Shown here: piece after piece, positions 39,230 to 50,567 of the stretch | How the letters are laid out: each line of letters starts with the position of its first letter | Position numbering within the stretch: the stretch's first letter is position 1 | Assembly: GCA_963841935.1 (NCBI GenBank) | Contig: CAWJEP010000005.1 | Location: forward strand, 69,845-133,844 | Direction: 5' to 3' | DNA from: an uncultured bacterium | Lineage (GTDB): Bacteria; Patescibacteriota; Minisyncoccia; Phycocordibacterales; UBA6065 | Length of the DNA: 64,000 bases | Position numbers and translations under genes: made by a program | Notes under the pieces: model-generated | What the model was told of the DNA's origin: nothing | Seen by the model: only the letters and a program-made list of their open reading frames with translations | Database searches by the model: none

Positions 39230-42200
39230 ATGGCATACCAATCAAACAAAGAAAAAGGCAATGTGGGCAACGATTTCGATGTCGTGTCGCTTCGCCTCGC
39301 TTCGCCGGAGCGAATAAAAGAATGGTCGTTTGGAGAAGTCACCAAGCCGGAAACAATCAACTACCGCACCCAGCGTTCGGAAAAAAACGGACTTTTCGAC
39401 GAGAAAATTTTCGGTCCCGACAAGGATTATGAATGTTACTGCGGTAAATATCGCGGCATCCGCTACAAAGGCATCGTCTGCGAGAAGTGCGGCGTCGAAA
39501 TCACCCGTTCGATAGTTCGTCGTGAAAGAATGGGCCACATCGAGCTCGCCACGCCCGTTTCTCACATTTGGTTTTTACGCACGATGCCGTCTCGTCTAGG
39601 AATGATTCTCGGAATGCCGACGGGAGAACTCGAGAAAGTCATTTATTTCGGCGGTTATATCATCACGAAAACCGACGAAGCCGAACGCGCGAGGATAATC
39701 AAAGACATGGAATCGGAATACAAGGCAAAGATGAAATCCTCGCAGGACGAAAAAACAAAAACGGCGCTCAAAGAAATGTTTTCCGCCGCCAAGAAAGAGC
39801 TCGAAAGTCTTCACGAAGGCGCGGTAGTCGACGAAATCGAGTATCACAAATATTCGATGAAATATTCGACATTGTTTGAAGCTGGCATCGGCGCCGAAGC
39901 GATTTTCAATCTGTGCAAAAACATCGATATGAAAAAACTCGAGGAAAATCTCGAGAAAGCCCTCGAAAAAGCTTCGGCTTTGGAGAAAGAAAAAGTGAAC
40001 CGCCGACTCTCGACCGTCAAAGCTATGATTCGTTCCGGCGTTCGACCAGAATGGATGTTTTTGGTGCGTGTTCCGGTCATTCCGCCGGCTCTCCGCCCCA
40101 TGGTGCCTCTCGATGGCGGCCGCTACGCGACCTCCGACGTCAATGACCTTTACCGCCGCGTCATAAACAGAAACAACCGCCTTCTCAAACTCAAAGAAAT
40201 CAACGCGCCGGACGTCATCTTGCGCAACGAAAAAAGAATTTTGCAGGAAGCCGTCGACGCGCTCATCGACAACTCGATTCGCCACGGTAATTCCACCGTC
40301 GCCGCGGGTTCCTTGATTCAGAAACGCGCCCTCAAATCTCTCGCCGACAACCTCAAAGGTAAACGCGGACTTCTTCGCGGCAATCTTCTCGGCAAACGCG
40401 TCGACTATAGCGGTCGCTCGGTCATCGTCGTCGGTCCTGATCTCGCGCTTGACCAGTGCGGTCTTCCGAAACATATGGCGCTTGAGCTCTTCAAGCCGTT
40501 CGTCATTCACGAACTTTTGACTCGCGAATTCGCTTACAACATCCGCGGCGCCTCTCGTCTCATTGACGACGGTATTCCGGAAGTTTGGGCGATTCTCGAA
40601 GACGTCATCAAAGGCAAATATGTTCTTCTAAACCGCGCGCCGACTCTCCACCGCCTCGGCATTCAGGCGTTTCAGCCGATTCTCATCGAAGGTAACGCCA
40701 TCCAAGTCCACCCCTTGGTTTGTTCGGCTTTCAACGCCGACTTCGACGGCGACCAAATGGCCGTTCATGTTCCTCTTTCAGTCGAAGCTCAAGCCGAAGC
40801 CAAAAATATAATGGCTTCCGACAAAAACATTTTGAAACCCGGCAACGGCGACCCGGTAGTCAGCAACAAAATGCTCGATATCAACCTCGGCACTTATTGG
40901 ATGACAAAAGAAGTCAAAGGCGAGAAAGGCGAAGGCAATGTCTATGAATCTCCGTCGGCGGCTATCCTGGCTCACGATTTCGACTCTGTGGCTCTTCGGG
41001 CGAAAATCCGCGTTATGCCGAGCGACTCGAAAAAATTCGCGGCTTTCGAAGGTAAATTGTTCGAGACGTCGGTAGGCAGGATTATTTTCAACGAAGTTTT
41101 GCCAGACGATTATCCGTTCGTCAACAAAGAAGTCGACCGTAAAATGATGCAAAACATCGTCGACGATTTTCTCGTCCGCTACGGCATCTCAGGCATTCCT
41201 CCGATTCTCGACAAAATAAAGAAAATCGGATTCAAGTACACGACTATTGCCGGCATCACTTGGGGCATTGACGATGTCAGGTCGCCGAAAGACAAAGAAA
41301 AAGTCGTGGGCGCCGCCAAAGCGGAAGCGGCAAAAATCAACGACCAGTTCGACAACGGCTTCCTTTCCGAAGAAGAACGCATAAGAAAGAATGTCGAGAT
41401 TTGGCACAAAGCCAAAAGCGATGTCGAGAAACTCGTTCCCGACGCTCAGGTGCCAAACGGCTCCGTCTCCGACATGGTGAAGTCAGGCGCTCGCGGCAGC
41501 TGGGGTCAAATCACTCAAATGGTCGGCATGAAAGGCCTCATCACCAACACTTCCGGCGAGACGATAGAATTCCCGATTATTTCCGGAATGAAAGACGGAC
41601 TGACGCCGATTGAATACTTCATTACCACTCACGGCTCGAGGAAGGGCTTGACCGATACCGCCCTAAACACCGCAAAGGCCGGTTACCTCACGCGCCGTCT
41701 ATTCGATGTCGCTCAGGATGTTATCGTCACCGAAGAAGATTGCGGAACGAAAGATTGTATCGTCATTCACAGAGAAGGTTCGTCGGGCATGGAAGTACCT
41801 CTAGCGAAATCCATCCGCGGCAGAATTTTGGCGGAAGAAGTGAAAAATAAAGAAGGTAAAGTGCAATTCAAGAAAGGCCATCTCGTGACGAAACAGGACG
41901 CTCAAGAAATAGAAACGTTGGGTATTTCCGAAGTAAAAGTTCGATCGCCGCTTGCTTGCAAGACTCTTCGCGGAGTTTGTCGCGCTTGTTATGGCATGGA
42001 TTTGGGTAGAAACGAGCTTGTGAATCTCGGCGAAGCAGTCGGCACCGTAGCCGCTCAAGCCATCGGCGAGCCGGGAACTCAGTTGACCATGCGCACATTC
42101 CACGCCGGAGGCACGGCGTCCGTTGGTGGCGACATCACGCAAGGTTTGCCGCGCGTCGAGGAAGTCTTTGAGAAGAGAAATCCGAAAAATCCGGCCCTCA

Positions 42201-42926
42201 TCGCTCCGGTCTCGGGCGTCATCACTTCCATAAAAGAAGAAGGCAAAGAAAGAATCATTTCCGTCATGCCGGACGTTGAAGACCGCGCCAAAGGCAAAGA
42301 CGCAAAAGGCGGTGAGATAGAACTCACAACTCATCCGAAGCGCGTGCTCCTCGTCAAAGTCGGCGACAAAATCGCCAAAGGCCAAATTCTCACCGACGGC
42401 TCCGCTTCAATAGACGAAATTTTCGAATTCGCCGGCAGGGAAGCGGCTATGGATTACATTATTCGAGAAATCGGCAAGATTTACGAACTTCAAGGCGAAA
42501 CGGTTTCGAGAAAGCACATCGAAATCATCGTCAAACAGATGTTCTCCAGAGAACGCATAAGCATGGCAAACGACACGCGGTTTACCGACGGCGACATCGC
42601 CGACGTCTACGACCTTCGCGTTGAAAACGCTCGCGTCAAAGAGCTCGGCAAAACCGGAGCAGAAGCCACGCCGGCGGTCATGGGCATCACCGAAGTTTCG
42701 CTTTCGCGCCAAAGCTTTCTCTCGTCGGCATCATTCCAGCACACGACTCGCATATTCGTCTAGTGCCGCCGTCAAGGGCTCCGAAGACCATCTCCAGGGA
42801 CTGAAAGAAAATGTCATTATCGGTCGCGTCATTCCGGCCGGCACGGGTTATAAGGGCTCTCCGAAATACGATATGATAAAAGAAGTTCAGTCGAAAATCC
42901 CTCCGCGTTCCGAAGATTCCCGTTAG
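39230..42926 (+). CDS. rpoC: RNA polymerase beta' subunit (frameshift near 42755, probable sequence error)
   Basis: [12 protein letters not shown]; terminal [17 protein letters not shown] lies in +1 frame ending 42926. Confidence 0.97.
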
Positions 42927-42969
42927 TTTTCCGCGGTAGCCGATTATTCGCCTTCGATAATACTTAAAA

Positions 42970-44702
42970 ATGTCGAGCGAAGTAGAACAAATAAAAGAAA
43001 GATTGAATATCGCCGATGTCGTCGGCGGTTATCTCAAGCTTGAAAAAGCAGGTCAAAACTTCAAAGCCAAGTGTCCTTTTCACAACGAAAAGACGCCGAG
43101 CTTTTTTGTCTCGCCCGACAGAGGAAGTTATTATTGTTTCGGCTGCGGCGCGCACGGAGACATTTTTTCTTTCGTTGAAGCTTTTGAGGGAGTTGATTTC
43201 CGCGGCGCCCTGAAAAGCTTGGCGGCGAAAGCCGGCGTGGAATTAAAAGGAGGAGACAGGACGGGCGACAACAAGAAAGAAAGATTATACGCCGCCATGG
43301 AAGCCGCCGCCGAATTCTTCGAAACGGAACTTTCGAATAATTCGGCGGCTCGGGATTATGTTTTATCCCGCGGTATTACGGAAAAAACTATTCATTCTTT
43401 CCGAATAGGCTACGCGCCGTCAGAATGGCGGACGCTTAGAACGCATCTTGAAGCAAAAAAATTCGGCATAAACGAACTTTTTGCCGCCGGGCTCGTCAAG
43501 AAAAATGAAAAAGGCGATTTCTACGATGTTTTCCGCGGACGAGTGATGTTTCCGATTGCCGACTCATCCGGCCGCGTCGTGGCTTTCAGCGGTCGGACGC
43601 TCGATGAAAAAGAAAATCCGCCAAAATATTTCAACACGCCGGAGACGGAACTTTATTCGAAATCCCATACGCTTTTCGGTCTCGATAAAGCCAAATCTTC
43701 GATTAGGAAATTCGACCACGCTATTTTGGTCGAAGGTCAGATGGATTTGGTGATGTCTCATCAGGCGGGATTTACCAACACGGTCGCCGTTTCCGGCACG
43801 GCTCTTTCGGAAAACGCCGCCGACGAAAGCGCGTCCGGAATTTCTCTCATCACGCGCTTTCGAAAAATATCAAAATCGCCTTCGACCCGGATGAAGCGGG
43901 AATCAAAGCGGCGCTTCGCGCCGCGCGAATCGCTTTGTCCCTCGGTATGGATGTCAAAATCGCGGCTGGATGTAAAAGGCGAAGATCCCGGCGGATACTA
44001 TCCGCCGAGACCCGAAAGCTTGGAAAGAGCTCTCGCGGCGGAAAAAATGGCGTCGTGACATTTCTCGTTGATTCGATCTTGGAAAAGACTAACGATTTGA
44101 AAAAAATCGCAATCGCCGTGAGAGAACAAGCTTTTCCGTTTATTGTTCTAATGGAAAACAAAACCGACAGGGATAGATTCGTGAAAGAGATTCACGAGAA
44201 GACCGGCATAAGCGAGACGGCGCTTTGGGAAGATCTGAAATCGACGGAAAAGCCGCTACGGAATTCGCCCGCGCCGTCGCCCGAAAACTCGCTTCGCTCA
44301 AACAGTTCTCGCTCCGCAGGCGCCGGTTTCTCCGCTTCCAACAGAGCACTAGGAATCTTGGCGCTCGTGTCGGAGAAAGGCGACGCGGCGGCATTCACTG
44401 AGAAATTAAAAGCCGCGTCGCCAAGCGATTTTGAGAGATTTGAGACGATGACAAAGGAGGAAAAAGGCGAACTCGCCTTCGAAGCGGAGGTATTGTATGA
44501 TGTGAAAGATTTGGAAAAAAATTTCGACGAACTCGTCCTTCACATAGAAGAAGGACGATTGGCGTCTCTTCTTGAACAAAAATTCGCGGATATTTATAAA
44601 TCTGAAAAAGAAAAAGATGTGGGCAAAGCCAAGACGCTTTTGAAAGAAGCCGGCGACATAATGAAACGAGTAAATGAAATAAAGCAAAAACTAAGAAAAT
44701 AA
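42970..44702 (+). CDS. dnaG: DNA primase (frameshifts about 43860-44050, probable sequence errors)
   Basis: [40 protein letters not shown]; FDPDEAG in another frame. Confidence 0.93.
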
Positions 44703-44706
44703 AAAT

Positions 44707-45888
44707 ATGAAAAAGAAACAAAAAAAATCAAAAGCCAAAGTCAAAAAAGTAAAAGCCCTGCCTCGCCGGCAGGCGGGCAAAAAGCCGAAGAAAGCTCCGA
44801 AGAAAAAGCTCTCGAAAAAAGCCGAAGACCAAAACAAAAAAGCCGCCAAGCTCATCCATAGAGGCCGTGAGCGCGGCTTCGTGACTTACGACGAAATTCT
44901 CAAAGAGTTTCCGACCGTTGAAGACGATGTGACTTTTCTCGACCACCTCTACGAGAAACTTCAGCAAGCCGGCATAGATATTCTCGATTCCGGAGGCATG
45001 CTCGACACACCGGTGGAAGAAAGCGGCAAGAAATACGCTTTTCACAAAGGCGAAAAATCCTATGACTCGATTCAAATGTACCTCAAAGAAATCGGTCAAT
45101 ACGCTCTCGTCAACGCCGCCCGAGAAAAAGAATTGGCGCGTCGCATCGAGAAAGGCGACAAGGAAGCCGTCGGTCTTCTCGCCAAAGCCAACCTCCGTCT
45201 CGTCGTCTCGATTGCCAAGAAATACGTCAATCGAAGCCCCGATTTGACACTTCTAGACCTTATCCAAGAGGGTAACTTGGGTCTTTTTAAGGCCGTGGAC
45301 AAGTTTGATTGGACCAAAGGCTATAAGTTCTCGACATACGCCACTTGGTGGATTAGACAGGCCATTACGCGCGCTTTGGCCGACCAAAGCCGCACCATTC
45401 GCGTGCCGGTGCATATGGTTGAGACGATTGCCAAATACAAGCAAGTCGTCCGCCGTCTTTCTCAAGATCTCGGCCGCGATCCATTGGCAGATGAAATCGC
45501 CACGGAAATGGGCATAGATGTCGAGAAAGTTTATCAAATAGAAAAGATAGACCAAGACACAGTGTCACTCGAATCGCCGGTTGGCGACGAAGATGAAGGC
45601 AAGTCCACGCTCGGAGATTTTCTTTCCGACGACAAAATCCTTTCTCCAGACCAAGAATCTTCACGACGCATTCTTGCAGACCAAGTGAAAGAAATTCTCG
45701 GCGAGCTTTCTCCGAAAGAAAGAAAAATATTGGAAATGAGACACGGACTAAACGACGGAATTACTCATACCCTAGAAGAAGTGGGGAAGGAGTTCGGCGT
45801 CACCCGCGAACGCATCCGCCAAATCGAAGCCAAAGCTCACGAAAAAATCCGCCAGCACGGAAAAATAAACAGACTGAAGAATTATTAA
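44707..45888 (+). CDS. rpoD: Primary sigma factor RpoD/SigA
   Basis: [47 protein letters not shown]. Confidence 0.96.
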   Translation: MKKKQKKSKAKVKKVKALPRRQAGKKPKKAPKKKLSKKAEDQNKKAAKLIHRGRERGFVTYDEILKEFPTVEDDVTFLDHLYEKLQQAGIDILDSGGMLDTPVEESGKKYAFHKGEKSYDSIQMYLKEIGQYALVNAAREKELARRIEKGDKEAVGLLAKANLRLVVSIAKKYVNRSPDLTLLDLIQEGNLGLFKAVDKFDWTKGYKFSTYATWWIRQAITRALADQSRTIRVPVHMVETIAKYKQVVRRLSQDLGRDPLADEIATEMGIDVEKVYQIEKIDQDTVSLESPVGDEDEGKSTLGDFLSDDKILSPDQESSRRILADQVKEILGELSPKERKILEMRHGLNDGITHTLEEVGKEFGVTRERIRQIEAKAHEKIRQHGKINRLKNY

Positions 45889-45890
45889 AT

Positions 45891-45928
45891 AAAAAACCGC
45901 AAACATATCTCAAGTTTGCGGTTTTTTT
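45891..45928 (+). terminator. Intrinsic terminator after rpoD
   Basis: aaaaaaccgcaaac...gtttgcggttttttt. Confidence 0.75.
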
Positions 45929-46249
45929 GTTGCTGGGCGGAAAGTGGATAACCCCTCGCTTGCTTTTTAGAAGTAATTTCATTAAAATAGAAGAGTCTTT
46001 GAGCCCTTCAAAGAATAGATACTTGATTTATAGAAAAGAAATGCCCCCAAAGGCGGGGGCATTAGCTTGATTGCTCTGGCAACATTTCTAACAAAAACGT
46101 GGCGAGGTTCAGTTTCAAAGCTGACAGAAAAACTCGCAATGGTGTCTTAAGGCCTTAAGACTTCGAAAAGAATTGAATTCTACGAGCGACTTGCTGGTGC
46201 CTCTGTATTTGTGGGTATTTGCACCAATAAATTTAGGATATCATATTTT

Positions 46250-47731
46250 ATGACAATCTCCAAAACAGACTATCTCTTGTGGCGAGAGTGCAAGAAAAAT
46301 ACGTGGATAAAACTTCACAAACCGGAAATATTTTATGCGGTGGAGCTTTCCGATTTTGAAAAATCTATTATTGAAAGGGGGAATGAAGTTGAAGCAGAAG
46401 CACAGAAACGTTTTCCGACAGGAGTTTTGATTGAAGGTCGAGACGAACAGGCGCAAAAGCTCACGCAGAAATATATCGCCGACAAAGAGCGGACTCTTTT
46501 TCAGCCTGTGTTTCTCAAAGACGGTTTTCTCGCGGCACTCGATATTTTGCAATACGACAAAGAGACTGGGAAATATTCGATATTTGAAATCAAAGCATCG
46601 AATGATGTGGACGAGAAAACCCATCTTTATGACTTGGCTTTCCAAGTTGCTCTTCTCAAGAAATGCGGAATCAAAATCGATATCGCGAACATCATTCATC
46701 TCAACTCAAAATATGTGAGAAACGGCGAGCTAGATATCGAGAAACTTTTCACCATAAATAATCAGACGAAAGAAGTCGAAGAACTTCTGCCGAAAGTCGA
46801 ATTCGAAATGGAAGCGGCGAAAGAATATCTTTCGCAGGAAAAAGAACCTTCAGGATATTGTGATTGTGTCTACAAAGGCCGCTCGGCGCACTGCGCCACA
46901 TTTTCATATTCCAATCCGACCGTTCCTGAATACGGCATTCATGATATCGCTCGCATCGGTATGAGTAAGAAAAAACTCCAAGAACTCGCCGACAGAAGCA
47001 TTTTCAAAATTGAAGACCTGCCCGACAACATTGAACTTTCGGAAATCCAAAAGAATCAAGTCGATGCTTATATTTTCGACAGAGTTTCTATAAAGAAACT
47101 GGAGATTGGTCAGGAATTAAAAAATTTGGTTTTCCCTCTGTATTTTCTTGATTACGAAACATATCCGTCGGCCATTCCTCGGTTTGACGGCTTCTCGCCA
47201 TATCAGCAGATTCCTTTTCAATATTCGCTTCATATCGTCGAATCACCGGACGCGGAGCCGATTCACAAAGAGTTTCTTCATACGGGAAGTGACAATCCGA
47301 GCGAACATTTCGCCAAATCGCTTCAAAAACACATAGGTCCAAAAGGAAACATAATCGTCTGGAACAAAAAGTTCGAATGCAAGATAAACAACGAACTCGC
47401 CAAAAGGCTTCCGGAAACCAAATCTTCTATCGATGATTTAAACGCTCGCGTCTACGACCTTATGGATATTTTTTCCAAACAATTTTATGTTCACAAGGAT
47501 TTCAAAGGTTCGACATCGATAAAATATGTTTTGCCGGTTCTCGCACCGGAACTTTCGTACAAGAAACTAGAAATCCAAGAAGGCGGCACCGCGTCGCAAA
47601 AATGGAATGAGATTACGACTTGTGAAATGGATCAAAAAGTAAAAAAAGAGATCGCGGAAAATTTAAAAGAATATTGCAAACTAGACACATACGCGATGTA
47701 CGCCATTTGGAAACATCTTTTTGAGTTATAA
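46250..47731 (+). CDS. DUF2779-like protein (PD-(D/E)XK-like plus RNase H-like domains)
   Basis: DIL...IFEIKAS...DLAFQ; FLDYET...PYQQIPFQYSLH; SIKYVLP; YCKLDT. Confidence 0.75.
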   Translation: MTISKTDYLLWRECKKNTWIKLHKPEIFYAVELSDFEKSIIERGNEVEAEAQKRFPTGVLIEGRDEQAQKLTQKYIADKERTLFQPVFLKDGFLAALDILQYDKETGKYSIFEIKASNDVDEKTHLYDLAFQVALLKKCGIKIDIANIIHLNSKYVRNGELDIEKLFTINNQTKEVEELLPKVEFEMEAAKEYLSQEKEPSGYCDCVYKGRSAHCATFSYSNPTVPEYGIHDIARIGMSKKKLQELADRSIFKIEDLPDNIELSEIQKNQVDAYIFDRVSIKKLEIGQELKNLVFPLYFLDYETYPSAIPRFDGFSPYQQIPFQYSLHIVESPDAEPIHKEFLHTGSDNPSEHFAKSLQKHIGPKGNIIVWNKKFECKINNELAKRLPETKSSIDDLNARVYDLMDIFSKQFYVHKDFKGSTSIKYVLPVLAPELSYKKLEIQEGGTASQKWNEITTCEMDQKVKKEIAENLKEYCKLDTYAMYAIWKHLFEL

Positions 47732-47739
47732 TTTACTTT

Positions 47740-48456
47740 ATGCAACTCATTTTTTTAGACACGGAGACGACGGGCAACGACGCGGCAAAAGACCGGCTTT
47801 GTCAGATCTGCTATAGGATTGGCACAGAAACGAAAACGGAATATTTCAAACCGCCAGTGCCAGTATCGGTCAAAGCGATGAGCATCACGCATATCACGAA
47901 CAAAATGCTTGCGGACAAAGAGCCATTTATCGCAAGTAAGATGTATAAAGAACTTGAGAAACTTCTTCCGAAAAATATTTTGGTCGCTCACAACGCCAAA
48001 TTCGATATAGCAATGCTTTTCGCCGAAGGAATAAAGGTCAAAGATTTCATCTGCACATTGCGTGTTGCCAGAAATCTAGATACTGACAATGTAATACCCG
48101 AATACAATCTGCAGTATTTGAGATATTATCTAGATCTTGAAGTGGCAGGAACGCCACACGACGCGGAATCGGATGTCAACGTCCTTGAAGCCGTTTTCAA
48201 CAAATTGCTTGAAAAAATTATGGAGAAAATTCCAAATCGTGAAAAAGCCATCGAGGAAATGGTGAAAATATCAAGCAATCCGGTGTTATTCAAAAAAATA
48301 AATTTCGGTAAATACAAAGACAAAGACGTTGAAGAAGTTTTAAAAGCCGATCGTCGCTATCTCGAATGGTTACTTGCCGAAAAACGCAAAACTCCGGAAC
48401 TCGAAGAAGATTGGATTTATACGTTGGAAAATTATCTGGGACGGAAGACGGTCTAA
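47740..48456 (+). CDS. DEDDh 3'-5' exonuclease (DnaQ/ExoX-like)
   Basis: FLDTETTG, VAHNAKFD, HDAESDV; C-terminal FGKYK...YLEW. Confidence 0.9.
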   Translation: MQLIFLDTETTGNDAAKDRLCQICYRIGTETKTEYFKPPVPVSVKAMSITHITNKMLADKEPFIASKMYKELEKLLPKNILVAHNAKFDIAMLFAEGIKVKDFICTLRVARNLDTDNVIPEYNLQYLRYYLDLEVAGTPHDAESDVNVLEAVFNKLLEKIMEKIPNREKAIEEMVKISSNPVLFKKINFGKYKDKDVEEVLKADRRYLEWLLAEKRKTPELEEDWIYTLENYLGRKTV

Positions 48457-48458
48457 AT

Positions 48459-49256
48459 TTATTTAACCAAATTTTTCCAATATCTTTCTAAATCTTCCGA
48501 AACGCTTTCGTTATTGGTAGATCCTTGTGGTTGAGCAACGACAAAATCTTTTTTCCATACCTCATATCCTTTCGGAAATGTCTTGCTAAAGATGTCCGAA
48601 TATCGCTCAAATCTTTCCTTAAGACTTAGACTCTCGTTATACCTTTCAAACAGCACATAATACGCTAAATCATTTTCTTTAAACCATTTAACTGCATTTT
48701 TCTCTCCCGTCCATGGAATATTACGTAATGAGAAATAGCAGCATATTAGATTACTCATACTATATAAAAGTCGAATTTCTAACGCTTCATGATAAATCGG
48801 GTCTTTCGAATCAAAATATCTTTTGTTTGCTACGTAGTTATAGTTTGCATTTTGCCAGAAGTTATATTTTTCTGAGAATGGCACATTAATGACCATGTCT
48901 TTGAAACCTCTTTCAATAAGGGCCGATGTTTTTCCTGATTTATCAAATTTTATATCAGCTTTTTGTAACCATACAGGTAAAGTTGAATTACCGTTAGCCA
49001 CAAATTCCACATGGTTATCAAGAAAGTTTCTGACCTTATCTAAATCAAGATGGTCGAAGAAATATATATCAGCGAAAGTTTCATCTATATACGTAAAAAC
49101 AGACTGTATAGTCTTATATTTTGCTTTAAGAATAACTATAAGATCAATATCACTGGATGATCCAGCCTTTCTTGTTCCGTGAGAACCTGTAAGAAAAACA
49201 CAGTCTACATTTTCATTCTTCTTTAGTTTCTCTATGACCTGATCTAGAGAAAGCAT
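48459..49256 (-). CDS. Pol-beta-superfamily nucleotidyltransferase domain protein
   Basis: FLTGSHG....SSDIDLIVI; visibly AT-rich. Confidence 0.75.
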   Translation of the reverse strand: MLSLDQVIEKLKKNENVDCVFLTGSHGTRKAGSSSDIDLIVILKAKYKTIQSVFTYIDETFADIYFFDHLDLDKVRNFLDNHVEFVANGNSTLPVWLQKADIKFDKSGKTSALIERGFKDMVINVPFSEKYNFWQNANYNYVANKRYFDSKDPIYHEALEIRLLYSMSNLICCYFSLRNIPWTGEKNAVKWFKENDLAYYVLFERYNESLSLKERFERYSDIFSKTFPKGYEVWKKDFVVAQPQGSTNNESVSEDLERYWKNLVK

Positions 49257-49260
49257 AATT

Positions 49261-49953
49261 TTAGGAGTTAAGGTTGCTTAAGATTATTTGAATATAATTA
49301 TTGACTGCGTCATAAGGAATCGCTCCGTCGGTGTTGGCGATGTTGCCTTTTGGCGTGACGAAAACGGTGTAAGGGGTGCCCTGACCGCCGGCGTTTATGG
49401 CGTCTTGGTAATCGGCTTGGACTTTTGCCGCTTCTTTACCGCTTGAGAGACATTCATTGAAAGCCGTAACGTTTAGACCGACATCGCTCGCGATTTTCGG
49501 AAGTTCCGCCGGGTCGAGTCCGTCATTGGATGGCGTGACGGAAAATATTTCATCGAGATAATTCCAGAAAGTGTTATTTCCGCCAAGGTCGGCGGCACAC
49601 TCCAATGCCTCTGCTTCGTTTGTCGATTTCGAGTGAAGCGGAAACGAACGATAAACCCAGGCGACTTCGCTCGTTGAAGCGTATTCGCTGTAAATATCTT
49701 TGAGAGTCTGGTGGAATTGCTTGCAATAAGGGCACTCGGTGTCGGAATAATCTATTATTTTTATCGGAGCGTTTATGCTGCCGAGAATATGGTCCTCCGC
49801 CGTTACTGGTCGCACCGTGATACCGGCGTCAGGCGTCGCGGTTTGTGCCGGAATGACGGTAGTCGAAGATTTTCCTCCCACAAAATACACGGCAATGGCG
49901 ATAAAAACTCCCGCGACGACGATGGCTATGGGCACGAGGAGGTTCTTATTCAT
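49261..49953 (-). CDS. DsbA/thioredoxin-fold oxidoreductase
   Basis: N-terminal TM, YSDTECPYC, FPLH, GTP. Confidence 0.9.
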   Translation of the reverse strand: MNKNLLVPIAIVVAGVFIAIAVYFVGGKSSTTVIPAQTATPDAGITVRPVTAEDHILGSINAPIKIIDYSDTECPYCKQFHQTLKDIYSEYASTSEVAWVYRSFPLHSKSTNEAEALECAADLGGNNTFWNYLDEIFSVTPSNDGLDPAELPKIASDVGLNVTAFNECLSSGKEAAKVQADYQDAINAGGQGTPYTVFVTPKGNIANTDGAIPYDAVNNYIQIILSNLNS

Positions 49954-49960
49954 ATTTACA

Positions 49961-50539
49961 TTATAACCCAAGAGAGAAGTTCATCGAACTGTTACCGACT
50001 TTTTCCCAATGTGAAGTGTCTAGTTTGATTTCCAGAATTTTTCCGCCGAAATCTTTGTATTTTAGCGAGCCGTTTTTCAAAGCGTATTCGTAAAGCTCCT
50101 TTGTGATTTTCACGTCGTCAATACAGTAATCGATGATTTTCTGAATTTCGCCTTGTTTCCACCAAGTGATGGCTTCCAGACCGTGACCACTTTTGTTTTT
50201 TCCTAGCGTGGCTTCGGTGACATTGTCGAGCTTTACGCGCCGCCCGAGCGATTTGTGTATTTCTTTCAAAAGGTCCACGCTTTTTATTTTGCCGAGGTCA
50301 CCGTGATAATACTTGTTCAAAAGAGGAATATCGAAATGGTCGCTGTTGAATCCTATCAAGATATCCGTGTGTTCGAGAATCGGCCAGAGGTTCTTGAAAT
50401 CTTTTTCAAGATAACTCGTGTAAGAATCCGTCTCCGAGTCGTGAATGCACACGACGGAAATATCGAGAGCCGACGGGTCGCTCGAGCCGACGTCTTGAAA
50501 AAGATTTTTTGTTTCCACGTCGAAGACGATTTTTCTCAT
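49961..50539 (-). CDS. RNase H-like 3'-5' exonuclease domain protein
   Basis: VFDVET, IGFNSDHFDIPLL, KLDNV, YCIDDVKIT. Confidence 0.85.
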   Translation of the reverse strand: MRKIVFDVETKNLFQDVGSSDPSALDISVVCIHDSETDSYTSYLEKDFKNLWPILEHTDILIGFNSDHFDIPLLNKYYHGDLGKIKSVDLLKEIHKSLGRRVKLDNVTEATLGKNKSGHGLEAITWWKQGEIQKIIDYCIDDVKITKELYEYALKNGSLKYKDFGGKILEIKLDTSHWEKVGNSSMNFSLGL

Positions 50540-50567
50540 TGGTGGAAACTATTGTATCATAGGGATT

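Noticed and set aside
36428-40510. Long antisense ORFs within rpoB/rpoC and other genes
   Set aside because: Shadow frames of well-supported genes with no recognisable motifs.
42745-44060. Frameshifts in rpoC and dnaG as programmed recoding or pseudogenes
   Set aside because: Both genes are essential and similar single-base indels occur across the window, so sequencing or assembly error is the simplest explanation.
45930-46245. Possible ncRNA after rpoD (hairpins near 46040 and 46143)
   Set aside because: No recognisable RNA family or convincing ORF; the first hairpin may simply be a terminator.
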